The position numbers and the translations under genes are program-made. Positions 17,560-26,563 of a stretch of DNA of 64,000 nt are shown piece by piece; within the stretch, counting starts at the first letter, position 1; the number at the start of each line of letters is the position of its first letter. The notes beneath the pieces were generated by a model. The model saw nothing but the letters and a program-made list of their open reading frames with translations. It had not been told where the DNA came from and did no database searches. This DNA is from Minisyncoccia bacterium (lineage in GTDB: Bacteria > Patescibacteriota > Minisyncoccia > Phycocordibacterales > UBA918): positions 70,658 to 134,657 of the forward strand of contig JBGSPE010000011.1 of NCBI GenBank assembly GCA_041738755.1, written 5' to 3'.

Positions 17560-18265
17560 CAAAGAAAATGAGCCTATTATCAAGGCTCATTTTTTGTATA
17601 CGTAATTAAAATACTTGCTAGTTTCGAACTTTCAGGTATTTTATCTTTGAATTGAACATTAAGGAGATAAAAGATGCCCAGTGGCAAAGTAGTATGTATC
17701 TGCATTGGTCCCGAAGCTAGTGGCAAAATGGAAGAAGTCACAGAGGTAACCGCTGAAGCTGGAAATGGTTTAGTCGGTGATAGATATTACGATGGTAACG
17801 GTAGCTACAATCGTGGCAAACCCGGAAAGCGTCAGGTTACCCTCATGAACTCAATGTTCTTCAAAGGTACGATCTTCACATATAGCGACAGTCGGCGAAA
17901 TATTTTCACCGAGGGTGTGGAACTCATGGACCTCATTGGTAAAGAATTTACCGTCGGTGGAGTCACATTTCGAGGAGTTAAGTACTGCGACCCCTGTAAT
18001 CGGCCAAACACGTTGGCTGGCATCAAGGAAAGTTTTCGAGATGCATTCTTTGATCGCGGTGGCTTAGTAGCAGAAATCGTCACCTCCGGCACCATCAAAG
18101 TCGGTGACAAGGTAAAGACGCCAATAAAAGATTATTAGCACCTACATGAAGTAAGGGATTACACCCACTTCGGTAGGTGTTTTCTCTTGTAAAAAAGTTC
18201 TAACATCGTCCCATAAGGCGCACAAAGAAAATGAGCCTATTATCAAAATTCATTTTTTGTATACG
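17555..18265. repeat. 48-bp direct repeat (17555-17602 and 18218-18265) flanking the MOSC gene
   Basis: gcgcacaaagaaaatgagcctattatcaa(ggc/aat)tcattttttgtatacg, 45/48 identical; begins in the tRNA-Val 3' end. Confidence 0.9.
17674..18138 (+). CDS. MOSC domain-containing protein
   Basis: GLVGDRY, RQVTL, RRNIFT, CDPC, RGGLVAEI and GTIKVGD. Confidence 0.9.
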   Translation: MPSGKVVCICIGPEASGKMEEVTEVTAEAGNGLVGDRYYDGNGSYNRGKPGKRQVTLMNSMFFKGTIFTYSDSRRNIFTEGVELMDLIGKEFTVGGVTFRGVKYCDPCNRPNTLAGIKESFRDAFFDRGGLVAEIVTSGTIKVGDKVKTPIKDY

Positions 18266-18309
18266 CCATTTAAAAGTAGAAGTTTTAAAACTTTGATTTA
18301 AGTAGAATT

Positions 18310-18888
18310 TTACTCCTCCACTTCTTCCAGTATCCATGGCATCTCCGGACTTGACGATATGTACTGCGTACAATCTTCTCCGGCTAAATTACAAGATAGT
18401 ACTCCTAATCTTCCCAAGTTATCCCAGTCACTAACTTCCCCATATATTTTATCCTCCAATCTATCTTCACCTAGGTTATAAATTTGAATAAAAGGATCTT
18501 CAAATCCGATAGCTTGTAGTGCAGCAAACTTTCTATTTGGCGAAATGAAAGCTTCTTGAAACGTTTCTATCTCAAAATACTGCTCTACATCATCAGGCTT
18601 TTTACTTCTAGCGACAATTTTCTGTTCACCATTCGATAGGCTTACTTCGATATCTCCTTCATTCACTACCTTTGCACCTGAAATTGTAATTGACGAGATG
18701 TCTTCAACTGTCGCAGGAGTGAAGGTTTCTACAAGGACCACTTTTTCTGGGGCAATATTATATCCAATCCATCCTCCAATAAACGGCATACCAATAAAAA
18801 GCGTCATTGCTACATATTTTGAAAATGGGGTCACCGTATTCAGTTGTTCAAATTTTTTGGGTTTCTCATTTTGCATTACTGTTTCCAT
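18310..18888 (-). CDS. Hypothetical membrane-anchored protein
   Basis: Single N-terminal TM with VTPFSKYVAM motif. Confidence 0.7.
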   Translation of the reverse strand: METVMQNEKPKKFEQLNTVTPFSKYVAMTLFIGMPFIGGWIGYNIAPEKVVLVETFTPATVEDISSITISGAKVVNEGDIEVSLSNGEQKIVARSKKPDDVEQYFEIETFQEAFISPNRKFAALQAIGFEDPFIQIYNLGEDRLEDKIYGEVSDWDNLGRLGVLSCNLAGEDCTQYISSSPEMPWILEEVEE

Positions 18889-18921
18889 AGAATAATTATA
18901 CCTTAGTACTTTTACTTAAAA

Positions 18922-19332
18922 TCAATTACTTTCTACGTACGTTTTAAAATTATTCAAATATGCCTGCCATCCATCTCGTTGCATCTTAAGAGGATTTTCT
19001 GACTCAGGTTCAAAGCTTTGAGTGATGAGAACTCCCGCAAGAGACGCTTCAAATTTCACAACCACATTCCTGCCATCGTCTAAAATGTAATCGAGAGATT
19101 TGTTATCAATCACTTCGTTATATATACCCGAAAAGATAAACTCGGAACTTCCATCTTTGGCAAACATGCGACTTGAGAATTTGCCATCATTTTCTAACTG
19201 ATTAAAAACTCCTTCCGCTCCCCAGTCTTCTGATGCAAATGCCCATCCTTTTATATGTTCAACTCCAGTCCAATAGTCCCATACTTTTTGAAGTGGAGCC
19301 TGAATATGTATTTCAACAGTTATTTTTTCCAT
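18922..19332 (-). CDS. SRPBCC (AHSA1-like) domain protein
   Basis: APLQKVWDYWT...WAFASEDW...MQRDGWQAYLNNFK. Confidence 0.9.
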   Translation of the reverse strand: MEKITVEIHIQAPLQKVWDYWTGVEHIKGWAFASEDWGAEGVFNQLENDGKFSSRMFAKDGSSEFIFSGIYNEVIDNKSLDYILDDGRNVVVKFEASLAGVLITQSFEPESENPLKMQRDGWQAYLNNFKTYVESN

Positions 19333-19440
19333 TGATTTATCCTACAGTATCTGAGAATAAAATTCTAACAGAGTCCCGTAAGGTAAACTTGGAGATTTAA
19401 AACAGAAGACCGCCCAGAGGAAGTCTTCCTTTGGGCGGTG

Positions 19441-19593
19441 TTAGCTCGGGGGTGTGATGATGACCACAACCACAAATGCAAGGAAGCAACCAAAGAAGAC
19501 AAGTCCCCCAATAGCCTTTACCCATGCCTGGATGTTTCGAAACCGTTCTCGCTTTTGCTCGACAGCAGGAGTACTTATTTTCACGATACGCAT
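19441..19593 (-). CDS. 50-aa single-TM small protein (MRIVKISTPAVEQKRERFRNIQAWVKAIGGLVFFGCFLAFVVVVIITPPS)
   Basis: AAGGAG SD 6 nt upstream; terminator at 19399-19440; not in the ORF track. Confidence 0.65.
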   Translation of the reverse strand: MRIVKISTPAVEQKRERFRNIQAWVKAIGGLVFFGCFLAFVVVVIITPPS

Positions 19594-19729
19594 AGCGCTC
19601 TCCTTCCAAAGAAGAAGATATCACATCTCCATAAAAAGCTCTACGTCCTCCCCTAAAGAGCACGATGATTTTACATTGCTTAATTCTGCTGGTTTGCTAT
19701 CTTTTTACTAGAAACACTGGAGAACCGCC

Positions 19730-19930
19730 GTGAACAAACTAACTCCTCCCCCACGAATACTCAATGTTCCTTACGCAGTTACAATAACCACAGCCGCTAA
19801 GCGGGCCGAGCGTGAAGCTAGTGATAAAGAACTTGCCGAAAGAGGCTGTCTGCATCGAGACCCCAATACGTCGGTCCGCTGTGGCAAATCAACACCACCT
19901 GGCTTTGGCTACTGTGACGAACACCGCTGA
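19730..19930 (+). CDS. Small protein with C-terminal CCCH zinc-finger-like motif
   Basis: C-x10-C-x10-C-x2-H (CLHRDPNTSVRCGKSTPPGFGYCDEH); GGAG SD; terminator follows. Confidence 0.6.
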   Translation: MNKLTPPPRILNVPYAVTITTAAKRAEREASDKELAERGCLHRDPNTSVRCGKSTPPGFGYCDEHR

Positions 19931-20102
19931 AAAATTACTTCTCAGCGGTGTTTTGTATAGTCGCTACACATTTTCGTATTTTAAATATATTACAATAGTT
20001 GACAACTTGCCTTAAAAATCACATATTGTTGCTACGTTCCTGTTCCCTTTTTGTAGGCAGGCTTGGTTGGAACGTATAAGCGGGACCTATAGGAGATACC
20101 AA

Positions 20103-20486
20103 ATGACTGTTCTTGAACTTGGTGATATCACAAAAGCACTCTCGCAACCGCGGAAGCTACTCGCAGCGGCCTTAACTCGGTTAGCGGAAGAAAAAACTGG
20201 CCGATACTACCAAACATTTGTGCGGACAGGTCACCATGATGATAATAGCGGCCACTTGAATTTCACGCTCTTAACCGCGAGCAAAGACATCCATCTTCAA
20301 CTCGGTCGCCTCAGTTTTGAAGAGCAAATTTACTTCTGTCACGCACTCAACGAAGCGTTTGCTGAAGCTGAAAAACAGCAGCATGTCCTGGTTCGAGGCC
20401 ATAAAGATGTGACCAAGGGTTTGATTTTGGTCAGCCGATCTCAACATGGCACAGATGTTACTTTCATCCTGATACCAGCTAGGTAA
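20103..20486 (+). CDS. Hypothetical protein
   Basis: AGGAG SD 7 nt before ATG 20103; downstream hairpin with T-run. Confidence 0.6.
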   Translation: MTVLELGDITKALSQPRKLLAAALTRLAEEKTGRYYQTFVRTGHHDDNSGHLNFTLLTASKDIHLQLGRLSFEEQIYFCHALNEAFAEAEKQQHVLVRGHKDVTKGLILVSRSQHGTDVTFILIPAR

Positions 20487-20664
20487 ACCATATGGTCATA
20501 AAACAACGAGCGCCTGACCAGCGCTTTTTTGATAATCTAGCACACTGCTCTGCCCGTAAAATAAACTTCAGTTGAAACTTTCCAACACCCATTACAATGG
20601 GTGTTTTCTTTACTTGCTAAAGTTTCGTGTTTTGCTATCGTACTAACCAGAAAGGAGTTCTCAC

Positions 20665-21198
20665 ATGACCACTCTAAAGATTCACATCAGTCGAGACGAA
20701 GTTCCGCATCTCACCAAAACGAAACCGTTCATCCATGTTAGAAAGTGTAAGGTTAAGAAAGGTAATGAACAGATTTATCTTAAAGAACTGAAACGCCCCG
20801 GCCAAAGTGATAAATACACTGCTGTGAAACTTGTCTTGGAAAGGCGGTTTATCAATCAGCGGCTCTTTATCCCAGCCAATGTTGAGAAAGCCATTGTGTG
20901 GTATATGAATCATTACCCTGATGCAATCACCACCATCGATGACAATCGATTTGCTTACCGGGTTGCTGGGATGCAATCAACTGGTTCGTGGAACTTAAAA
21001 CGAACCCGGAGATTGCGTGCCGGTGACCAGGTATTCTTCATGAAAGAAACCACGATTGTTCAAAAAGCTATTTATATCGGGACCAATCTTTGTATCATGG
21101 TCTGGGTAACCGGTGGTCCGCTGGAGGTCACAGGACTACATGATATCAAGCAAGCTCTTGGGGCAACACACCTAGTCACCTGGCACCCAGGAGAATAA
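20665..21198 (+). CDS. Hypothetical protein
   Basis: AAGGAG SD; 177-aa ORF; terminator at 21203-21240. Confidence 0.65.
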   Translation: MTTLKIHISRDEVPHLTKTKPFIHVRKCKVKKGNEQIYLKELKRPGQSDKYTAVKLVLERRFINQRLFIPANVEKAIVWYMNHYPDAITTIDDNRFAYRVAGMQSTGSWNLKRTRRLRAGDQVFFMKETTIVQKAIYIGTNLCIMVWVTGGPLEVTGLHDIKQALGATHLVTWHPGE

Positions 21199-21333
21199 AT
21201 TACCACCTACGGAAAACATCTCTCGTAGGTGTTTTCTTTTGAGATCTTTTGCTACTGTATAAAACAAACGTTTACAAATAGTATCATTCCTGTAGAGTGG
21301 CGGAGGTTTTGTTTTTAGGGAAGGGGAATAATA

Positions 21334-21621
21334 ATGACGCGCGAAGAATTTGCAGAACGCTGTAGGCTGCAAAAAATCATGTGGGCAATTGGGTTGGGGA
21401 GCCCGTTATTTTTACTACCGCAATTATTGAAGATTTTGGAAACCAAAGATGTCGGAAGTGTTTCCCTCCTTATGCTTTTGATATTACTCGTCTTTCAAAC
21501 TGCCTATGGCTTTCATGGGTTTGTTCTCAGGCAAAAAATTTACGTCATTAGTAATACGCTCGGCGCAACGATGACACTAGCTACAGCTGTGGTTGCTATG
21601 CATTTGGGAGCTTCATGGTAA
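21334..21621 (+). CDS. SemiSWEET/PQ-loop family transporter
   Basis: Three TM helices; LLPQLLKILETKDVGSVS PQ-loop and YG...SN motifs. Confidence 0.8.
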   Translation: MTREEFAERCRLQKIMWAIGLGSPLFLLPQLLKILETKDVGSVSLLMLLILLVFQTAYGFHGFVLRQKIYVISNTLGATMTLATAVVAMHLGASW

Positions 21622-21713
21622 TGGTTCCCTTCAGCCCATGTGCGATATATCGCGCATGGGCTGATTTTAATTACTTAGACTTACTGGTTAATATTTGTTA
21701 TCTTACTGAGCAC

Positions 21714-21785
21714 GCCCCTATAGTTTAATGGATAAAACTGCGGACTTCTAAGCCGTTGATCTAGGTTCGATTCCTGGTGGGGGCA
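21714..21785 (+). tRNA. tRNA-Arg(TCT)
   Basis: GCCCCTA/TGGGGGC acceptor stem, CTTCTAA anticodon loop and GGTTCGATTCC; CCA not encoded. Confidence 0.93.
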
Positions 21786-22014
21786 CAGTCAAGTAAACAA
21801 AATGGCACTTCTCAAGAAGTGCCATTTTGTTTAGAAAGCAAACTGCTTTGCTTTCGTGCTTGACTGTGAGGCGGAAACATATTTTTCTCCCCTACCCTAG
21901 GGAGAAAAATAGTTGAGCCGGGGTCGAGAGTACTTAGATTTTTATGAACATGGTGAAATAAAAAGCTTAGTAACTCGTGACCAGTGACTTTTAAATTATA
22001 GTAACTCGTGACCA
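21784..22014 (+). ncRNA. tRNA-3'-associated structured element, copy B (after tRNA-Arg TCT)
   Basis: CACAGTCAAG (21784-93) pairs with CTTGACTGTG (21859-68); four hairpins; core GAGCCGGGGTCGAGAG (21915-30)...CTCGTGACC. Confidence 0.72.
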
Positions 22015-22219
22015 CAAACGAAACTTAACCCACAATAGCCAACCCGCGCGCGAGAACCCTATCTAAATTTTAAGCAACAAGATTGTTCTGCTGGCTAAAA
22101 ATACTTAGTAGACCACAATGTGAAGTTTACTTTACATTTAGGCCCAATGTCCTTATACTGTGGTTATTGATACGTATTAAAATTATGTGCAACTTCCCTT
22201 ATAACCTACATACATACTT

Positions 22220-23662
22220 ATGATTCTTCTCCTCGTTTCTTTTGTTGCCGGATTACTTACCGCACTTGCTCCGTGCGTGTTACCACTGCTACCGATTATT
22301 GTTGGCGGGGGTATGAGCGGAGGCAAGAGTTTAAGAAGAGCAATAGTTGTCACGACTTCGCTTGCAGTATCAATTATCCTTTTTACCTTGTTACTAAAAG
22401 TAAGTACGCTTTTAATCAATGTCCCTGCCGATTTTTGGAACGTGTTTTCAGGAGGAATAATTATCACTTTTGGTATCGTAAGTTTATTTCCAAGTCTCTG
22501 GGAAAAAATACCTTTTCTCTCCAACGTACATACGAAAAGCAACCACGTACTTGCCTCCGGCTATAAAAAACAAAATATATGGGGAGACATTATTGTAGGA
22601 GCAGCACTTGGACCAGTATTTTCAAGCTGTAGTCCAACTTATTTTTTGGTTTTGGCAGCAGTGCTTCCTGAGAGTTTTACATTAGGAATAATTTACCTTA
22701 TCGCCTATTCTGTCGGTCTTTCACTCTCACTTCTATTGATTACATTTGTTGGACAAAGGGTTTTAGATAAAGCTGGTTTTGTATCAAATCCTCACGGTAT
22801 GTTTAAGAAATTTCTTGGGGTCATTTTCATTTTAGTTGGTATTACGATTATTACCGGTGCTGACAAGACACTACAGCTACGGGTTCTTGAGTTGGGTTTC
22901 TTTGATGTGACTAGCATTGAGCATAGATTGCTTGAACTTATTCCGAGCGAAGAGGTTGAAGGACCTCTGGTTGTAGATGGAGCTGAAACAGAAAAGCCAG
23001 GTATTACAAATGAGGTTGAAATTAAAGAAGCAATTTTAGACGAAGCAGAGATTACTGAGGAGGAAATCGTAGATACACCACCACAAAGAAAAGCGACTCC
23101 TACAGAGACTGTACCTGCAGTAATAAATAACCCCCCAGCACTTACCCCAGCACCAACGACACCACCTCCTCGTGTCTCAAAGAGACCCAGAACAACACTG
23201 TTGCGAGCTCCTGAGATTGTAAACCCAAGTGGATTTATTAATACCGGTGGCGAACCGATTACCTTTGAAGAATTTGAAGGTAAAAAAGTAGTTTTGGTCA
23301 GCTTTTGGACATACAGTTGTATCAATTGCCAACGAACACTCCCGTATTTGAATGATTGGTACGATACCTACAGAAATCAAGGATTAGAGATTGTGAGTAT
23401 CCATACTCCGGAGTTTGCGTTTGAAAAACTATTAGAAAATGTCGAGGAAGAAGTATTCAACACGTATAACATCAAGTATCCGGTAGTGCTCGACAATGAT
23501 CGCAGTACCTGGAGAGCTTTTGAGAATCACTTTTGGCCAAGAAGGTACCTCATCGATATTGATGGGAATATCGTATACGATCATATTGGCGAAGGAGCGT
23601 ACGCAGAAACTGAAGGTGAAATACAAAAAGCACTCGCGGAGCGGGCCGAACGATTACAATAA
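22220..23662 (+). CDS. DipZ-like CcdA + thioredoxin fusion protein
   Basis: LAPCVLPLLP, FSSCSPT, Pro-rich linker, FWTYSCINCQRT and HTPEFAFEK. Confidence 0.92.
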   Translation: MILLLVSFVAGLLTALAPCVLPLLPIIVGGGMSGGKSLRRAIVVTTSLAVSIILFTLLLKVSTLLINVPADFWNVFSGGIIITFGIVSLFPSLWEKIPFLSNVHTKSNHVLASGYKKQNIWGDIIVGAALGPVFSSCSPTYFLVLAAVLPESFTLGIIYLIAYSVGLSLSLLLITFVGQRVLDKAGFVSNPHGMFKKFLGVIFILVGITIITGADKTLQLRVLELGFFDVTSIEHRLLELIPSEEVEGPLVVDGAETEKPGITNEVEIKEAILDEAEITEEEIVDTPPQRKATPTETVPAVINNPPALTPAPTTPPPRVSKRPRTTLLRAPEIVNPSGFINTGGEPITFEEFEGKKVVLVSFWTYSCINCQRTLPYLNDWYDTYRNQGLEIVSIHTPEFAFEKLLENVEEEVFNTYNIKYPVVLDNDRSTWRAFENHFWPRRYLIDIDGNIVYDHIGEGAYAETEGEIQKALAERAERLQ

Positions 23663-23805
23663 TAGACTGACTGTCAGGGGAGTATAAACGTATGTTTGCT
23701 TAGACAAACACTTCCGATAGTTTAGCTGCAAACCTTCTCTCATGCTTATTACTAGACAAAAAGAAAACCCTCAAAGAGGGTTTTCAAAATTCAAAATAAG
23801 TTTAC

Positions 23806-24414
23806 CTATTCTGTTGGTGGTAACAAAACTGCGTTAATCACGTGAGTAACACCGTTGCTTGAAATCACATCAGCAGTTTCAATCATTGCTGAGCCGTTGA
23901 CAGTGATACCATTGGCATTCTTTCGAATAGTAAGTTCTTCACCTTGGACAGTCGTGAGGGTTTGTCCATCAGCGAGATTAGCTGAGGTGTATGATCCTGC
24001 GACTACGTGGTAGGTCAAGATACCAGCAAGGTCAGCCTTGTTCTCTGGCAAAAGGAGTGTATCTACAGTACCGGCTGGAAGCGCATCAAACGCTGCGTTT
24101 GTTGGAGCAAATACAGTGAATGGTCCAGGACCCTTAAGAGTATCTACCAAATCAGCTGCTGCGACGGCTGCGACTAACGTTGTTACATTACTGGCGTTCA
24201 TGGCATTTTCAACAATGTCCATGCTCGGGAGCATCATTGCACCACCCACCATTACCCCAGCCTCTTCTTCCATCATTTCATCTTCTTTTTCCATTGGCGT
24301 GGTCGTTGCCATTGATGTATCGGTTACTGCATCATCACCACCTATTTGGGTCACTGCGAAGATACCGACGATTCCGATAGCTACGATAAGACCAATTAAT
24401 ACTGTGTTGTTCAT
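23806..24414 (-). CDS. Fasciclin (FAS1) domain protein
   Basis: GPFTVFAPTNAAF, ILTYHVV and NGVTHVINAVLLP. Confidence 0.95.
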   Translation of the reverse strand: MNNTVLIGLIVAIGIVGIFAVTQIGGDDAVTDTSMATTTPMEKEDEMMEEEAGVMVGGAMMLPSMDIVENAMNASNVTTLVAAVAAADLVDTLKGPGPFTVFAPTNAAFDALPAGTVDTLLLPENKADLAGILTYHVVAGSYTSANLADGQTLTTVQGEELTIRKNANGITVNGSAMIETADVISSNGVTHVINAVLLPPTE

Positions 24415-24503
24415 ATTCTTAAAATTACATTATGATTTGATTGGTAAGGAAATACTTAACTTACTTAAGTATTTTACCGTACTGTATCCTATTTGTCTAC
24501 GCA

Positions 24504-24983
24504 TCAATCGCGTAAATGTTTCAAATCAACCTCCTTTGCAACATCAGAATACTGTTGCACAACAGTATCAAGAGTTTTTACATACCCATATAAGTCACGC
24601 TTACTCACTTTTTTAAATACAATTTTAAGCTGCGCAACGACTAATTTTTCGGTACGAGCAACGAATATCTGCCCTTCTTTTGTAATGGTTGCTATCCTTA
24701 CTCTTGAATCAACACTGTCAGGGCGGACGGTTATGAAAGATTTTATTTCTAAATGATCGACGCTTTTTGAAATATATGGAGCTTTTACCCCCACCTCTCG
24801 TGACAGTTCACTCAAACGGAATCCCTGCCTCTCACGCAACAGCAATCCCAAGACCCCCCAGTCAGTAGCATTGATATCAAGTGGCTCTAGCACTTCATTA
24901 GTTTTTTTCTTGAGAATCCGAAACGCTTTTGCTTGTAATAGCCCAGCGGTATACGAAGTTCGGTACTCAAGCATTGATTTCAT
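24504..24983 (-). CDS. MarR family transcriptional regulator
   Basis: Winged HTH with DSRVRIATIT.EG. Confidence 0.85.
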   Translation of the reverse strand: MKSMLEYRTSYTAGLLQAKAFRILKKKTNEVLEPLDINATDWGVLGLLLRERQGFRLSELSREVGVKAPYISKSVDHLEIKSFITVRPDSVDSRVRIATITKEGQIFVARTEKLVVAQLKIVFKKVSKRDLYGYVKTLDTVVQQYSDVAKEVDLKHLRD

Positions 24984-25028
24984 ATACCACCCATCATACG
25001 GGAATAAAAAATAAAGTGTAGTTACTAA

Positions 25029-25502
25029 TTACAAAGGAGCCGGTACGATAGTGTCGTCTGTTTGTTCTAAGCTTTCTGCGGGAACAGGCGCTCCAGCTGG
25101 AATTAGGGGCGTTGTAGTCGAAATTTCTTCACCCACCTGTACGGGGCTCGTAGTGGCTACTGCCGGTGAAGAGGCTGGTACAGGAACACTTACTCTCCCA
25201 CTTGAAACTTGCAATTGCTGATAAACCGCGTCTCGTTCTTCCAACTCTTTCAACGCCGCCTCGACAATACTTTCACGGTACACCACCACCTCTTCAGCTG
25301 AATCATCCATCACGAGCGTTGTATTGATATTGCTAAAGTAAAGTTGTGCGCTGAGGGCTGCACCAACTAAAAATACCGTGACAGCAAAACAAAGTCCGAT
25401 TAGCCAGTCACGGGTTGGGTGCATGATTTGATAATCATGAAGGCCAGCTTGTCGACGCAAGATTTTCCCCGTTATTTTTGAAAATGCATTTTTATGAATC
25501 AT
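25029..25502 (-). CDS. Hypothetical membrane-anchored protein of the pilus assembly operon
   Basis: Single TM after PTRDW; last gene of the pilM operon. Confidence 0.7.
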   Translation of the reverse strand: MIHKNAFSKITGKILRRQAGLHDYQIMHPTRDWLIGLCFAVTVFLVGAALSAQLYFSNINTTLVMDDSAEEVVVYRESIVEAALKELEERDAVYQQLQVSSGRVSVPVPASSPAVATTSPVQVGEEISTTTPLIPAGAPVPAESLEQTDDTIVPAPL

Positions 25503-26019
25503 AAGATAATACGTATACTAAAAGGGTAATTTTAGCTTCCCAGTTTGTGGGTGTGTCAGCGGTAACTGAGTATTGCGTGACGTATGAAACGTACGGAAGA
25601 TGTTCAAGTATGTTGGTAAAGCGATTAACACTTTCCCGTGAGCCATTGTAGGTAAATCCAACCTCAATCCAGTTATCACCCGCCTTAGTTTCAGGAAGCT
25701 GATTCAAACTATTTGTTTCAAGTGATACACCAATGGTAGGTGCAAGGGATTCGACTTGATTGAGAAAATTGATACTGTCACCCTCTTGAAGCAGGAAATA
25801 ACTCTGTAACTGAGCTCTATCTTCAGCAGACTCTTCAGCGATTCGCTGTAATCGGAAAAATGAGTTTTCCTGACCCTGCTGTTCTGCCAGCGTACGGACC
25901 TGTTCGGCTAATAAAGCTCGTTTTGCTTCAATGTTATATAATACAAACCCAAAAATCCCCACGATGAGCAGTAATATAAGGGAAGACAAAATAAGATTAC
26001 GAAGCGTTACCTGACTCAT
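25492..26019 (-). CDS. PilO-like protein
   Basis: N-terminal TM, coiled coil and GSRESVNRFTNILEHLPY; operon position. Confidence 0.65.
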   Translation of the reverse strand: MSQVTLRNLILSSLILLLIVGIFGFVLYNIEAKRALLAEQVRTLAEQQGQENSFFRLQRIAEESAEDRAQLQSYFLLQEGDSINFLNQVESLAPTIGVSLETNSLNQLPETKAGDNWIEVGFTYNGSRESVNRFTNILEHLPYVSYVTQYSVTADTPTNWEAKITLLVYVLSYDS

Positions 26020-26561
26020 GGTGTTTTGCTGTTAGCAACAGTGATGGTAATTGAAAACGAAATATCTTTATCTTTCGCCAAGTTAGCAATCGGTAGCTCT
26101 ACCGCACTAAACTGCTCCTCATTTAAAAGTCTGTCTCGAAACGCTGCAAGGGATTGTCGGTCGAGCGCTACTCCAGATAATTGAATCGGCGCAATTCCCT
26201 CTTCTGCCCGTGACATTGATACATTCGTAATGGTAATATTGTTTCCTTGTGCGGCATTAATAATTGACATGTATTCTGAGACCGGTGTGAAGTTTGCACC
26301 AGCCATAACCGTCCTCGCTTCCTGGCTTGCTCGAACTAATCCCGTAGTCACATTTTCATAGCTAGCTATTTTGGCAGAAGCTGAGTTAGCTGACTCGGTA
26401 TATGCATCAACCTGCGAACTGATAAGCACGTAGACGGGTAAAAATATAAAACTTGCGCACGCTAAAGCAAACGCGAGTAATAATGCCCACACCGAACCAA
26501 CCCTCACCCAATATTCAAGGGTGATATTTTTTTTAGCCTCTGGTGGGATGAGATTAATCAT
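26016..26561 (-). CDS. PilN-like protein
   Basis: MINLIP start, TM and LSGVA...F...VELP. Confidence 0.75.
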   Translation of the reverse strand: MINLIPPEAKKNITLEYWVRVGSVWALLLAFALACASFIFLPVYVLISSQVDAYTESANSASAKIASYENVTTGLVRASQEARTVMAGANFTPVSEYMSIINAAQGNNITITNVSMSRAEEGIAPIQLSGVALDRQSLAAFRDRLLNEEQFSAVELPIANLAKDKDISFSITITVANSKTP

Positions 26562-26563
26562 AT

